From: Octopus sinensis
Lineage: Eukaryota
DNA length: 64,000 bases
NCBI RefSeq assembly: GCF_006345805.1
Contig: NC_043010.1
Coordinates: forward strand, 25,606,001 to 25,670,000
Direction of reading: 5' to 3'
Below the pieces are notes generated by a model that worked only from the letters and a program-made list of their open reading frames with translations, was not told where the DNA came from and made no database searches. A program made the position numbers and the translations under genes. The first letter of the stretch is position 1. Each line of letters starts with the position of its first letter. Below are positions 40,306 through 52,189 of the stretch, one piece after another.

Positions 40306-41083
40306 ATTTTTGTCATTTTATTTTTCATCTGCATTTTGTTTCAACACCTATCTTATATTTTACCATATATCATTATTATTATCATTATCATTATTATCAT
40401 TATCATCATCATCATCAACATCATCATTATTGTTGTTATTATTATTATTATTATTATTATCATTTATTTATTTATTTATTTATTTTCTCAAGCTGTTATT
40501 ATCAACATTGCAAACAACTTCATGTAGTCTAGATATGGCATTGTTACACACAAGTCGTGTGCATGTGTGTGTGTGTGTGTGTGCACGCGTGTGAGTGTGT
40601 GGGTGTGTGCGTGTGTTGCGATGATGTTAAAGATGTGCTCCGAATAACATGCATAAAAATTAAAGAATAAAAAGTGACTCAAGTTTATTATAACTAATGT
40701 TAATGTCATTTTAAAGGTTGTTATTTTGCCAAATATAAATTCTTAATTAATTTTAATCAGAACTAAATAAATAAATGAATAAAGATATAACAGTTATTAA
40801 GTTTTAATGACATTTTTGAAAAAAAAATGTTATTGCATTTTAAACATCTTCATGATTAGTTTGACAAACCAAGGTTACAATGTTGATTTTAATTCTCAAC
40901 TGAAGTCAGTTTTTTTTTCTTTCACTCACATTTCTTATGAACCTGGGAAAAATAATGAACATTGCAATTTTTCCTTGTTTCTTATCAATTAATCCATTGA
41001 TCAAACTTTGTCATGCCTGCAGAAAAAGAATTTCTACTAGCATAAATTTTTTCCCCTTAAATATATATATATATATGTATATG

Positions 41084-41178
<95 letters not shown>

Positions 41179-41214
41179 CTATTTACGTGTGTATGCTTAT
41201 ATATAAGTCTACAT

Positions 41215-41592
41215 AGGTGTGACTGTGTGGTAAGAAGCTTACTTCCCAACCACATGGTTCCACGTTCAGTCCCACTGTGTGGCACCTTGGGCAAGTGTCT
41301 GCTACTAGAGCCTTGGGCCGACAAAAGTCTTGTGAGTGGATTTGGTAGATGGAAACTGAAAGAAGCCAGTCGAGTTTGTGTGTGTGTATGTGCCTGTGTG
41401 TGTGTGCCTGTGTTTGTCCCTCACCACTGCTTGACAATCAGTCTTGGTGTGTTTATGTCCCCATAACTTAGCAGTTCTGCAAAAGAGACCAATAGAATAA
41501 GTACTAGGCTTAAGAAAATTGAATGCTGGGCTTGGTTTGTTTGATTAAAACCCAGTATGGCCCCAGTCAAATGACTGAAACAAGTAAAAGAT
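41215..41592 (+). mobile_element. tRNA-derived SINE (family S1), near full length
   Basis: A-box-like gtgactgtgtggtaag and B-box-like ggttccacgttcagtccca, then a conserved body, an internal (TG)n and a 3' end ...atgactgaaacaagtaaaaga. Confidence 0.85.
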
Positions 41593-41595
41593 AAA

Positions 41596-41655
<60 letters not shown>

Positions 41656-41657
<2 letters not shown>

Positions 41658-42833
41658 GTGTAATAAATAAAATATATGCATACATACATACATATATGTA
41701 CGTACCTACATCTACATGTATATATACATGCATATATAAATATATATACGTGAGTACAGGACGCCACAAATAGACGTAGAACTCAATGAGAAACTAAAAC
41801 GTAAAAACAAGCATGGAACAGACCATTTTTTTACAACGAAAAACAGAGTACAAAACAAACTACACAAGGAAACGTATATATATTTATATATGCATGTATA
41901 TATACATGTAGATGTAGGTACGTACATATATCTATGTATGTATGCATATATTTTATTTATTACACTATTGTATGACTGAGCGCCCTCACGTCGATTCGAT
42001 TCGTTTCGTTTCATTTCGTTTCTTCTTCTCCAAGTACTGTTTTTATATATAATTATGACGCGAAACTCTATACCTCTTTGCTTTACCTTCCCTTCTTTCC
42101 CTATCTCTCTCTCTCTCACTCCTCCTCATCTCCCTCTCAGCCGCTTGTCTTCCTCTATCTCTCTCTCTCTCTCTCCCTCTCTCACTCCTCCTCATCTCTC
42201 TCACAGCCAGCCAACTACTTCTTTTTACATGCGGCCTCCTAACTGTAAACACACGTTTTTTCTTGCGCTCTCCAGAATCTTCCTCGTCTAGGCCAAAAAA
42301 AGGCCCTTTTCATTTGTTTTCTTGTTTGTTTTTATTTCTCGTATTGTATTTTTTGTAATTGTATTTTCATTTTGTATTTTATTTTGTATTTTATTTTGTA
42401 ATTTTATTTCTATCGTTTTTACATCCTGTTTGTGTTACATTTTTTTCTTTCTTTGTTTTTACCCCTCTGCGAAGTAATTTTATTTAATTCTTTCGCAGGA
42501 AGGGCTAGTTTGACGAGTCGTGTTCTGTCCTCACTTTCGAAACACGCTGGAGTTGAACTAGGGACAGCTGATGAAGGGGATTTTTCCTTGTGTAGTTTGT
42601 CTTGTACTCTGTTTTTCGTTGTAAAAAAATGGTCTGTTCCATGCTTGTTTTTATGTTTTCGTTTCTCGTTGAGTTCTACGTCTATTTGTGGTGTCCTGTA
42701 CTCACGTATATATATTTATATATGCATGTATATATACATGTAGATGTAGGTACGTACATATATGTATGTATGCATATATTTTATTTATTACACTATTGTA
42801 TGACTGAGCGCCCTCGCGTCAATTCGATTCGTT
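41656..42833 (+). mobile_element. Non-coding ~832-bp unit element (copy A) with terminal direct repeat and inverted partial copy; retrozyme-like candidate
   Basis: Unit 41872-42703 is followed by a 130-bp repeat of its start (42704-42833). 41656-41871 is the near-identical reverse complement of ~42586-42800. It is homologous to 49067-50636, has no ORF, and has (TA)n on its left flank. Confidence 0.75.
42519..42579 (+). ncRNA. Candidate non-circularly permuted hammerhead ribozyme (copy A)
   Basis: CGUG-U-U|CUGUCCU-CAC-UUUC-GAA-ACACG-(14 nt)-GGGACAG-CUGAUGA-A-GGGG. Stem III CGUGU/ACACG, stem I CUGUCCU/GGGACAG, stem II UUUC/GGGG; predicted cut after GUU at 42524/42525. Folded by eye. Confidence 0.5.
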
Positions 42834-44354
42834 GTCCATGCTGGCATGGGTTGGACGGTTTCACCAGGGCTGGCAATCTGGAAGGCTGCACCAGACTCAA
42901 GTCTGTTTTGGCATGCTTGCTATGGCTAGATGCCCTTCTTAATGCCAACCACTCTGAGAGTGTAATGGGTGTTTTACGTGCCACTGGCATGGGTGCTATT
43001 TGCATGACACCAGTAGCTACCATATAACTAACAAAACACATGATGCTGATCTATCAACATGGCTGAAGTCCAGTGACTAAGACTCACAAAAGAATATAGT
43101 TAGACCCTAAATCTTCACTGTAAATCAGTGATTCCTAACTATTTTTTGCATATGGACCCTGTTGATTCTTATTTTATGCGAATGGAACCCCATAGCCTTT
43201 CTTTAAAATCCTCTGATTATATTTTTATAATTAAATATTATTAGGAACTGAATCAAAAAAATTGTTAAAATATTTTGTGTATTATAGATGTAGGTCCAAT
43301 TTATTGCACATAAACTTTAACAACAAAATATTATATGGACACTCGTTGAGAACCTCTGCTCTGAATTATGGAGCCTATTGTCTTTGTGTCTTTTACTCTT
43401 CTCTTATCACACCCAGTTCCACTATGTAAGCTTGCGAGAGTCTTTTCATGTGGTCAGCAACTGGCTCAATGTAAATACCTAGCCTCTATAAACCATTTCT
43501 GTATATTTTAATTCTCATATCTTTGGATAATATGTTGATAGATATTATATGCACCGATTTCAATCAGAAAAGAGACACAACCTAGTAGAAGGTAACATGA
43601 CAACCCATAAATACATGGGTTCAAATCCTAACTGTGAGCAAATTTTTTCTTTTCTTTTTCTTTTTTTTAATTAATTACTGGTACTGTAAACTATTCCAGC
43701 TATTTTTCCTACACTATTACAAATGTTAGATGCACAATTGGTGTCCAGTTAGTGGACCTATTTTTGTGTGTCTCCCTCTCAAATTGATGCTTGTCTTGTC
43801 TAATCTAATTTTCACATTTCAAATCTCAACAGTTGATTCTTTGGACAATATGTGTCACAATAAAAGACGGAATGGCCTTGGCTATAAAACAACTAATCAA
43901 TCAATTCTACAATCAGCTAGCTTCTCAATGCTTGTAGGTTTTAAGGAAGTCATAAAATTCCATAAAGCCTTTTCTCCAAAACTACATTCAGACATCTGGA
44001 AATCTCCTGAATTGATGAAATCTAAAATAAATTTCCATTGTCTGAATAAATATCTTCAGCATGGCTGAACAGAATTTAATTTTGTACTAGAGGCCTCTTC
44101 AGTATTGCTTTAAGAAAAAAAATCAAATAGAAATGAAATAAAAATAAAATAAAATGTACAGAAGAGAAACGAAAAATAAATAAATAAACAAAACAGATAG
44201 CTAAACTAATCCAAAAAGTCGTCATGACAATGTCATCTTAGTGAATATGAGTGGTTATTTCCTTTACAAAACCAATATTTTAATCACATTTTGTTTGTTC
44301 CACTGACATTTTTGTTTCATGAAGACTTAGATCTGGACTTAATAAGATATATAT

Positions 44355-44399
<45 letters not shown>

Positions 44400-45310
44400 C
44401 ACACATGTATATGTATATACACATACACACATATAGGCATATACACACATTCAAACATACACACACACACTCTCACACTTGTAGACATTCAGACACACAC
44501 ATATACTTATATGTGTATGTGTTAGTTCTGATATGCTCTAAATGCATGACACATTACCATGAGTATGTGTGCTCCGGATCTATGCCACATTAAACTCCTA
44601 TATTCCAATGTTACACACTTAATCAAGAACAACATTGCATACATTTGGAGTTTGGCTATAACATAGGAATGGGGCAAAATATTATTCCAGTTATATATGT
44701 ATGCATGTATCAATCAATCAATCAATCATCATTAATTAGCATCTGTCATCCGTGCTAGCATGAGCTGGACTGTTTGATAGAATCCAAGGGGTCTAAGGAC
44801 TGCATCATGCTCCAGTGGCTGCTTTGACATGGTTTCTATGGTTTGAGGCCCTTTATAATGCCAGTCACTTTACAGTATATACTGGGTGCTTTTGTTCATG
44901 CCACTGGCACAATTGTAGTTGCCATGCAGTGCACATGACTGCAAGAAACCCTGGGAGGGTGGGGAGCAGCATTTATGCAAAGAGATGAGGGTGTAGAGCA
45001 TGGGAGGAGGAAATGAGAGGGGGAAGACTGGTGGGGGCAACCAGGTTCTTGTAGGGTAGGGGTCGGCACCTTTGCCTCCACAGACCAGATCCAGTATTAA
45101 TGATGGATAGCAGAGTGGACAAAGGCTATTAAAGAATAATTATGGAAATTTGCACAAGCTAAAATTTAATCACGAATGTTGGCTATACTTAAAAATAATT
45201 TGTATTAACCACAGATGAATGTTGTAATGGAAAAATATCATTTATCCAATTTAAGACATTGTTGGAATCATTTGTTTAAAAGATCTTAAAATTACATAGC
45301 AGCCAAAAAA

Positions 45311-47095
45311 TTAATAGAAAACTTGATGTTTTTTGTTCCTTGAAAGCTTCTCAATATTAGGCTTCAAACTTGTTGATGCCAAGAGCAAGATGTTCTCAAG
45401 ATGGTTATCAGTTAATCTTGTTCTAAAATTGTTCTTAGTTTGCTTCAGTTTGGAAAATAATTGCTCATACTGATAAGTGCTTCCAAACAAAGATGCCATT
45501 TTTTTGCATGGTATACTTCTCACCTGGAAAAATATATTTTGCATAGCAGTCATTCAATGAAACAGTTTTAGAATGGAATTTAGATCTCAATAACTGGTCA
45601 CACTGCACATCAATCAATTCCATTTGAAAACATTCTGATACTGTCTCCACCTCCACATCAAATGGTGTAGCAAACAATTTAAACTGATTTGCATGCAGAT
45701 GAAAGTCAGCAAAATGTGATGCAAATTCATTTCTCAAATCCTGGATTATATTCACAAATACCTCTGAATCCTGTTGTTTCCCTCCTTGAAATGATGGAAA
45801 ATGCCTGTAATTTTTATTTTGAAGTGGATATTCCCACAACTGTCGCTTCTTTTCAAAGGTTACACATTTCATTTACGAGCTGAGTTTTACCTTAAAGTTG
45901 TAAATTTAAGTTATTTAAATGAGTCACAATATCCACAATGAATGGCAAAGTTGCAAGCCAATCAGGATCTTGAAAATGTGAACTATCCATATGTTTTGCT
46001 ATTGAGAAATATCACCATCTCTTTGTGTAAGGCAAGTACTCTTTTTAGCATTGATTCTTGGCTAAGCCAGCATACATTGCAGAAATAAGCAAAGTCACTA
46101 TATTCTGCCTCAGCATCTAGCAAAAACTGTTTAAATTGACAATGATTTAATCCATGAGACAGAATCGGATTCACAGCCTTCACAACAATATCTATAACAT
46201 TCTCAAATTTCAAAGACTTGGCACACAATGTCTCTTGATGGATAATGCAATGAATTTTATGTGCGATTCCAAGGCTTTCTATATGTTCTTGCAGTAGTGC
46301 AACAACCCCACCCCCTTTTTTTTTGTTCTACCATTGCAGGGCCACCATCTGTTGTGATGCCAATTAGCTTCGAAAAATCAAACTTCATTTCTGATATCAT
46401 TTTGAACAATGCTTCAAAGATGTCTGGTCTGGTTACGGTTTCCTTCACAGGAATTAACTGAATAAATTCTACAAAGATCTGAAAAGTTGAAGCCACTCCT
46501 CACATAAAGACAGCAAATTGTACAGTGTCACTTAAATCTGTACTTTCATTGACTACAATTGAAAAATATTGTAATTCACTGCAGGCATTGATTAATTGAT
46601 TTTTATCATCTGCTGACATTTCTCCAACCCACCATGTTACTGTCCTCAGAGACAGGCTGATAGTTTCAAATAAAAACTTATTTTCTGGGCAAATAATATC
46701 CAACACTGCCAATAAGCAGTCTTTAAAAAGAGTCACCATCTGTAAAAGGTTTCATCTTTTCAGTGATGCATTTTGAGACTTCATAGCTGGTAAATGTATT
46801 TGCCACATTTTCACCTTTTCTGTTTTTAAAAAATAACATTTGTTTTCCAAAACTAGATTTCAACCACTCAACTTCATTTTTCCTTGCTTGTCCAGTGAAT
46901 GTCCTAAAATTTTCACAGTGGTGCATCTCATAATGTCACCTAATATTTGTTACCTTATTCACAGCAATTGCTTTTTAGACATATGAGACAAATCGGGTTC
47001 CCACTGTGCTCAATGAAGAAGTAATCTTATGTCCAAGTTTCTTGGAAAATTCAGCATTCAGCATCTACCTTTCTTTGTTTTGCATTCATGGCCAT
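45311..47095 (-). pseudogene. Decayed hAT transposase of the SPIN/Charlie (GTF2IRD2/ZBED5-like) group
   Basis: Starts MAMNAKQRKVDAEC*IFQETW..YFF..H.G.PICLIC...HYEMHH (BED-like finger), then FSIVVNESTDLSDTVQFAVF, ITTDGGPAMV, LNHCQFKQFL...WLS and LFGSTYQYEQLFSKLK; many stops and frameshifts; TIRs not located. Confidence 0.88.
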
Positions 47096-47989
47096 CGTAA
47101 TTTTTTTCTAAGAAATAAAATTTAAATTTAAATTTAAAATTTTACATCTGAACAATTCCATTTTTTTAATGGCAGACTTTTTATTATATTCGAAAGCCTT
47201 GTCTCTCATATTACAATTTTAATAATACCAGTTGGTTATGGTTCATAACTTGTATAATGTAGGTGATAATGATGATAAAGGCAGAAATAAGTGTATGGTG
47301 GCAAGGACAAGAAGAAACAAATGAAATTTTAAACGATGACAATAAATGTATTATTTGAAAAATACAATAATGAAATGAATTAGTAAAAGTCTCTTAGTGG
47401 AGAAGAGATGTGTAATAATATAACAGAACCCAATGGAGAATTTGAGCACGAGAAAATGAGTGTAACTTATCAAAGGTGGGTGGCAGGAGTCAGCCCTTGT
47501 TGCTTTCACAAATCACAGAAGGTGGGGTCGCCATTGATGGAGTGAAGGCATTACACCAACTGAGACAATTGTCTCTTTGCGGCAGTCTTTTTATGTCCCT
47601 CGACAGGCTCAAGAGGGCTCTCAGTTTTTTGTTTCATTTTTTACATGGGAGGTGGTAGTTGTTGGCTAGAAATGTTTCGGAATTGTATTATCATTATCAT
47701 TATTATTATTGTTTTTGTGCTGTGTGAGCAGAAATGATGTGTGGAGCCCTGCATACACCACAAATTTTTAATTGTGTTTTTGCTGTCAAAGCATTCACAT
47801 CCAGTTGGTGGTGAAGGTAGAGTGAATGAGAAGATTTGTGCAAGAACGTAACAGCAAGCATTTTATTGTGTTCAAAAGCTTCATCTGCCCAAATTACAAT
47901 TTAAATAAACAACTCATTGGACATCAGTTTTCATTGCCTGGTCAAAATCCCTTCACGGGCAAGAACCAGCCCATAGTCTGTAGGTTGCC

Positions 47990-48245
47990 AGCCTCTGTTG
48001 TAGGGTCTTGTGTATTCTGCTAGTCTACTTTTGTTTCCACTACATTTCTTGTGTGTCCACAGATTACACTGGATACAGGGTATGGAGTTTATACCTATTC
48101 TTTTTCTGCACATTGCGCAAGGACATTTCCCTGAAGATTCCAGGGTCCTGTTTACTTTCCTGCTTACTAGAATCTTCACTTTTGCTAAAGTTTACCTTGA
48201 GACCTCTCAGTCCTAGGTTTTGCTTCTATGCCCGAAATTTCATCT
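47990..48245 (-). mobile_element. Second fragment of the PHD-bearing RTE family
   Basis: ORF 47931-48179 reads KILVSRK...CPCAMCRKRIGINSIPCIQCNLWTHKKCSG, homologous to 17603-17878. Confidence 0.75.
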
Positions 48246-48311
48246 CATACACACACACGCATATATATATATATCTGTCTTCTTTTTCTCTTGGACTTTC
48301 CTCCGTCTCCT

Positions 48312-48346
48312 GTTTCTGATGAAGAGCTTTGCTTGAAACATAAAAC
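48312..48346 (+). ncRNA. Decayed minimal type I hammerhead motif (Penelope-type)
   Basis: GUUU-CUGAUGA-A-GAGC-uuu-GCUU-GAA-AC-AU-A-AAAC. Stem I GUUU/AAAC, stem II GAGC/GCUU; stem III reads ACAU rather than the palindromic ACGU, as expected after CpG decay. Confidence 0.5.
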
Positions 48347-48464
48347 TACCTTTCTTTCCTTCCCTGAGCGTCTGCTACACGCCCTCATGTTGTTGCTTTT
48401 TTTCTTGTGTTTGTTCTTCCTGTTTTGGGGATTTACTATACATACATGTGTATATGTATATATA

Positions 48465-48500
<36 letters not shown>

Positions 48501-48987
48501 TACATAATAACTTGGATTTTCCATTTCAGAGACAAATTTTGGGATTATACTCTTTCTAAGAGATTCAGACATTTGCATGCATTTTTTTAGATCAGATATT
48601 TTACAGAAGGATGCTCTTCTCAGTGCTAACCGATCAACCATAAATTAGGAAGTTATAGAATTTGTTTCCATTATTCTCACTTAAGTACACATACACATGC
48701 ACACACATGTGCACACACATGTCCTAGTTCAACTCTTAATAGCATGTTGAATAACTGCTAAGGCAGCCTCAACATCGTTGTTTGGCCTGCCAGAAATAGC
48801 TGTCAAATTTCCCTCATAACCATTTTTTTTTAAATGAAAGACATTAGAAAATAAAAGGATACATTAGGTTCTGTCCCACTGTGTGGCACCTTGGGTAACT
48901 GGCTTCTACTATAGCCTTGGGCCAATTAAAGCCTTGGGAGTGGATTTGGTAGACAGAAGCTGAAAGAAGCCTGCCATATATATATAT

Positions 48988-49040
<53 letters not shown>

Positions 49041-49265
49041 ATATAATATATATATATATATATATAGGAGATAAATAAAAATATATGCATACATACAAAC
49101 ATATATGTACGTACCTACATCTACATGTATTATATCATGCATATAATAATTATACGGAAGTACAGGACATCACAATAAGACGTAGAAACGGAAAAAGCCA
49201 AAAAACAAAAAACAAGAAAACGGAAAACGAAAACCAAATACAGGACGAGCTACACAAGGACAAAA

Positions 49266-49324
49266 CCCCCGTCATCAGCTGTCGCTAGAGGAGTCAGGCA
49301 TGTTTCGAAGGCATAACAGAACAC
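49266..49324 (-). ncRNA. Candidate non-circularly permuted hammerhead ribozyme (copy B1)
   Basis: GUG-U-U|CUGUU-AU-GCCUUC-GAA-ACAU-GCCUGACUCCUCUAGC-GACAG-CUGAUGA-C-GGGGG. Stem III GUGU/ACAU, stem I CUGUU/GACAG, stem II CCUUC/GGGGG. Confidence 0.5.
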
Positions 49325-50092
49325 TAATCCAATAGGCCTTCCTGCGAGAGAATTAAAATAAAATTTCAAGCAGCGGGGCACAATGAGTACAAACACAAAC
49401 AAGACGTAACAATAGGACTGCAAAATTAAAATACATGTACAAAAACAAACCAAGAGGACGAACGAAAAGCCTTTTTTCTGGCATAGACAACAATAAAACT
49501 GCAAAAATAAAAATACAAGTACAAAAAGTACATTAGTTACAAAACGAGAAAATAACAAGAATACTATACAGGAAATCAACCACACAAGGGGACGAACGAA
49601 GAAGCCTTTTGCTGGCAAGGACGAAAGTGTAGTAGCAGCGCGTGGAGGCAGTCTTTTCAATAGTGGGAACCACGTGTAAAGGAATTTTGTTTTATAGGCA
49701 AGGAAGAGGGAAGGAGGAGGGGGACGCGGCGAAGAGAGAGGAGAGGAGGGAAAAGATTGAAGAGGTTAAAGCAAAGGGAGAGAGTACCGCATCTTCATAT
49801 AAATAATATAAATATAAAAAAAGGGGACCAAGAAGTGGATCGAAACGACGAATCGGAACGAACCTGATGCGGGGCGCTGTCAGACAATAAGGAGATAAAT
49901 AAAAATATATGCATACATACAAACATATATGTACGTACCTACATCTACATGTATATATACATGCATATATAAATAATTATACGGAAGTACAGGACATCAC
50001 AATAAGACGTAGAAACGGAAAAAGCCAAAAACAAAAAACAAGAAAACGGAAAAAACGAAAAACAAATACAGACGAGCTACACAAGGACAAAA

Positions 50093-50151
50093 CCCCCGTC
50101 ATCAGCTGTCGCTAGAGGAGTCAGGCCTGTTTCGAAGGCATAACAGAACAC
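50093..50151 (-). ncRNA. Candidate non-circularly permuted hammerhead ribozyme (copy B2)
   Basis: As B1 but with GAAACAGG, which shortens stem III to 3 bp and allows a competing GCCU/AGGC hairpin. Confidence 0.42.
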
Positions 50152-50813
50152 TAATCCAATAGGCCTTCTGCGAGAGAATTAAAATAAAATTCAAGCAGCG
50201 GGGCACAATGAGTACAAACACAAACAAGACGTAACAATAGGACTGCAAAATTAAAATACATGTACAAAAACAAACACAAGAGGACGAATGAAAAAGCCTT
50301 TTTTCTGGCATAGACAAACAATAAAACTGCAAAAAATAAAAATACAAGTACAAAAAGTACAATTAGTTACAAAACGAGAAAATAACAAGAATACTATACA
50401 GGAAATCAACCACACAAGGGGACGAACGAAGAAGCCTTTTGCTGGCAAGGACGAAAGTGTAGTAAGCAGCAGCGCGTGGAGGCAGTCTTTTCAATAGTGG
50501 GAACCACGTGTAAAGGAATTTTGTTTTATAGGCAAGGAAGAGGGAAGGAGGAGGGGGACACGCGGCGAAGAGAGAGGAGGAGAGGGAGGGAGAAAGATTG
50601 AAGAGGTTAAAGCAAAGGGAGAGAGTACCGCATCTTATATATTATATATATATATATATACATAGGGTGTCCACTTTGATGGTGATTCCTCTTAATTTTG
50701 TATGTAACAGTATTTTTAATCTTCGGATTTTTTAAATATGCTAAGCCACTGGTTTTAATTGATTAATATCAATTTCTACCCTTATCATTTAATTACATAT
50801 ATATATATATATA

Positions 50814-52175
50814 CTAGCTGAAGGTGACCCGCTCTACGCGCGGGTAAGAGTGTAGTATATATATAAATGTATACAAATTATATATATATATCTATATATA
50901 TATATATATATAATACAGATATATACACTTTGTATATATACATTATATATACATATTTATATATAGATACACACACACACACACACACATATATAAATTA
51001 ATTTCATTTTGAGGCCTCTGCTAATGTCCTGTGTAAGTGGTCATCATTGAGAAGTAGTCCGTACCTCAAACATGCTTCCCTGTAAGTGGCACAGATGATA
51101 CCATCAACCGTGCAAAGATCAGCAAAAGACTTCGGTCCAGTAACTACATGAAGCAGCATTCTCAAAAAGAAGATTTCCTGTTTGGTAGGATGAATATTAT
51201 ACACACGCCCAATGACGTTCTTCCTAGAAACACCGGGCCAATTGTCAAGTTCTGTTCCATGTGACCTGCGCTTCCAATTATTGTTGTTGTATGTGTAATA
51301 TTCCGGTACTTCAGGGTAAATGAGAGTAGCAGCAAACTCATCAACTGAACACAATATAAAAAACGCTGTAAGCATAGTCCCTTTTGGATTTTCAATGACT
51401 TGATGTGCATTTTTCTCTGTGAAGTAAACCAGCTGTCTCTTCTGTAAATGAACATTCAGGTGGAAAAGTGATGGTGAGCTTAGATGAATCTCGTATCAAA
51501 AAATGCGCTACGCTGCATAATTGGAGGATACATACCTACCCAAAACGAATTGTTTAATTTCGTCATGTCTAAGGTCTTCATCACTGAACACAAACACGGC
51601 CATATCATTGCCCTTATTAATGTACTTGCAGAGGTATTGTATGCATCCCATCGAACTGCAGTACTCAACATTAATGTGTGCATTAAATGTTTTGGAAAGC
51701 AAAGGGTTGAATGGAACAATCCAGGCATTATCAACATCGAATGTTATTAACCGTTGTCTAACTCTAGCTGTGCGGCCACCCAAACCTGTGTGGTGGTGAT
51801 GGCGATGATAATTGTCTGTATGAATGCAGACAGACGTGTAGAGAGAGAGAGTGTGAAAGCGCTGTAGAACGCCGTTTGACGAATCAACGTTATTTATAGA
51901 AAGTGATGGGAAGGGAGGAAATAGTGTGAGTGAGTGAGGAAGACAGATACATAAAAGACTGAGAGTGGACTTGTCAAAGTGGGTTTTTGGCCCTAACAAT
52001 GACACCTTTTAAGATAGGGATTTCTAACGTCACCCACGGGCATTGTCACCTCATTTTACATGTCCCTGTAAATTTTGGAGTCAATCCGACGGGATGTAGT
52101 GGCCTTGAAAGCGATCCAAGCGGTCGAGTCAAACAAACAAACAAAATTTTTGCATTTCAGTTTTATAAATAGAGA
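50814..52175 (-). mobile_element. Internally deleted Helitron retaining part of the Rep/Helicase gene
   Basis: A|TC 5' end at 52175; acccgc...gcgggt hairpin (50827-50845) 9 nt before CTAG|T. Peptides VDNAWIVPFNPLLSKTFNAHINVEYC..IQYLCKYINKG (Rep Y..KY..K) and IGRVYNIHP..QEIFFLRMLL..V.GPKSF..L.TVDG....TYREAC...GLL. Confidence 0.92.
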
Positions 52176-52189
52176 TATATATATCACAC

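Larger units (their letters stand above)
49067..50636 (-). mobile_element. Tandem 1.9-mer of an ~824-bp non-coding unit (copy B, diverged subfamily of 41872-42703)
   Basis: ggagataaataaaaatatatgcatac starts at 49067 and 49891. The two units differ mainly by small indels, share blocks with copy A (tacatgtagatgtaggtacgtacatat; ttccttgtgtag; ctttgcttta) and are flanked by (TA)n on both sides. Confidence 0.8.

Noticed and set aside
43126-43357. Possible hAT MITE (CAGTGATTCCTAAC...GTTGAGAACCTCTG)
   Set aside because: The TIRs are degenerate and the putative 8-bp TSD matches poorly, so it was not called as a feature.
49845-49880. GAAAC...CUGAUGC on the opposite strand of the 824-bp unit (possible second-polarity ribozyme)
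   Set aside because: The core reads CUGAUGC rather than CUGAUGA, no NUH or stems were found, and it is not conserved in copy A.
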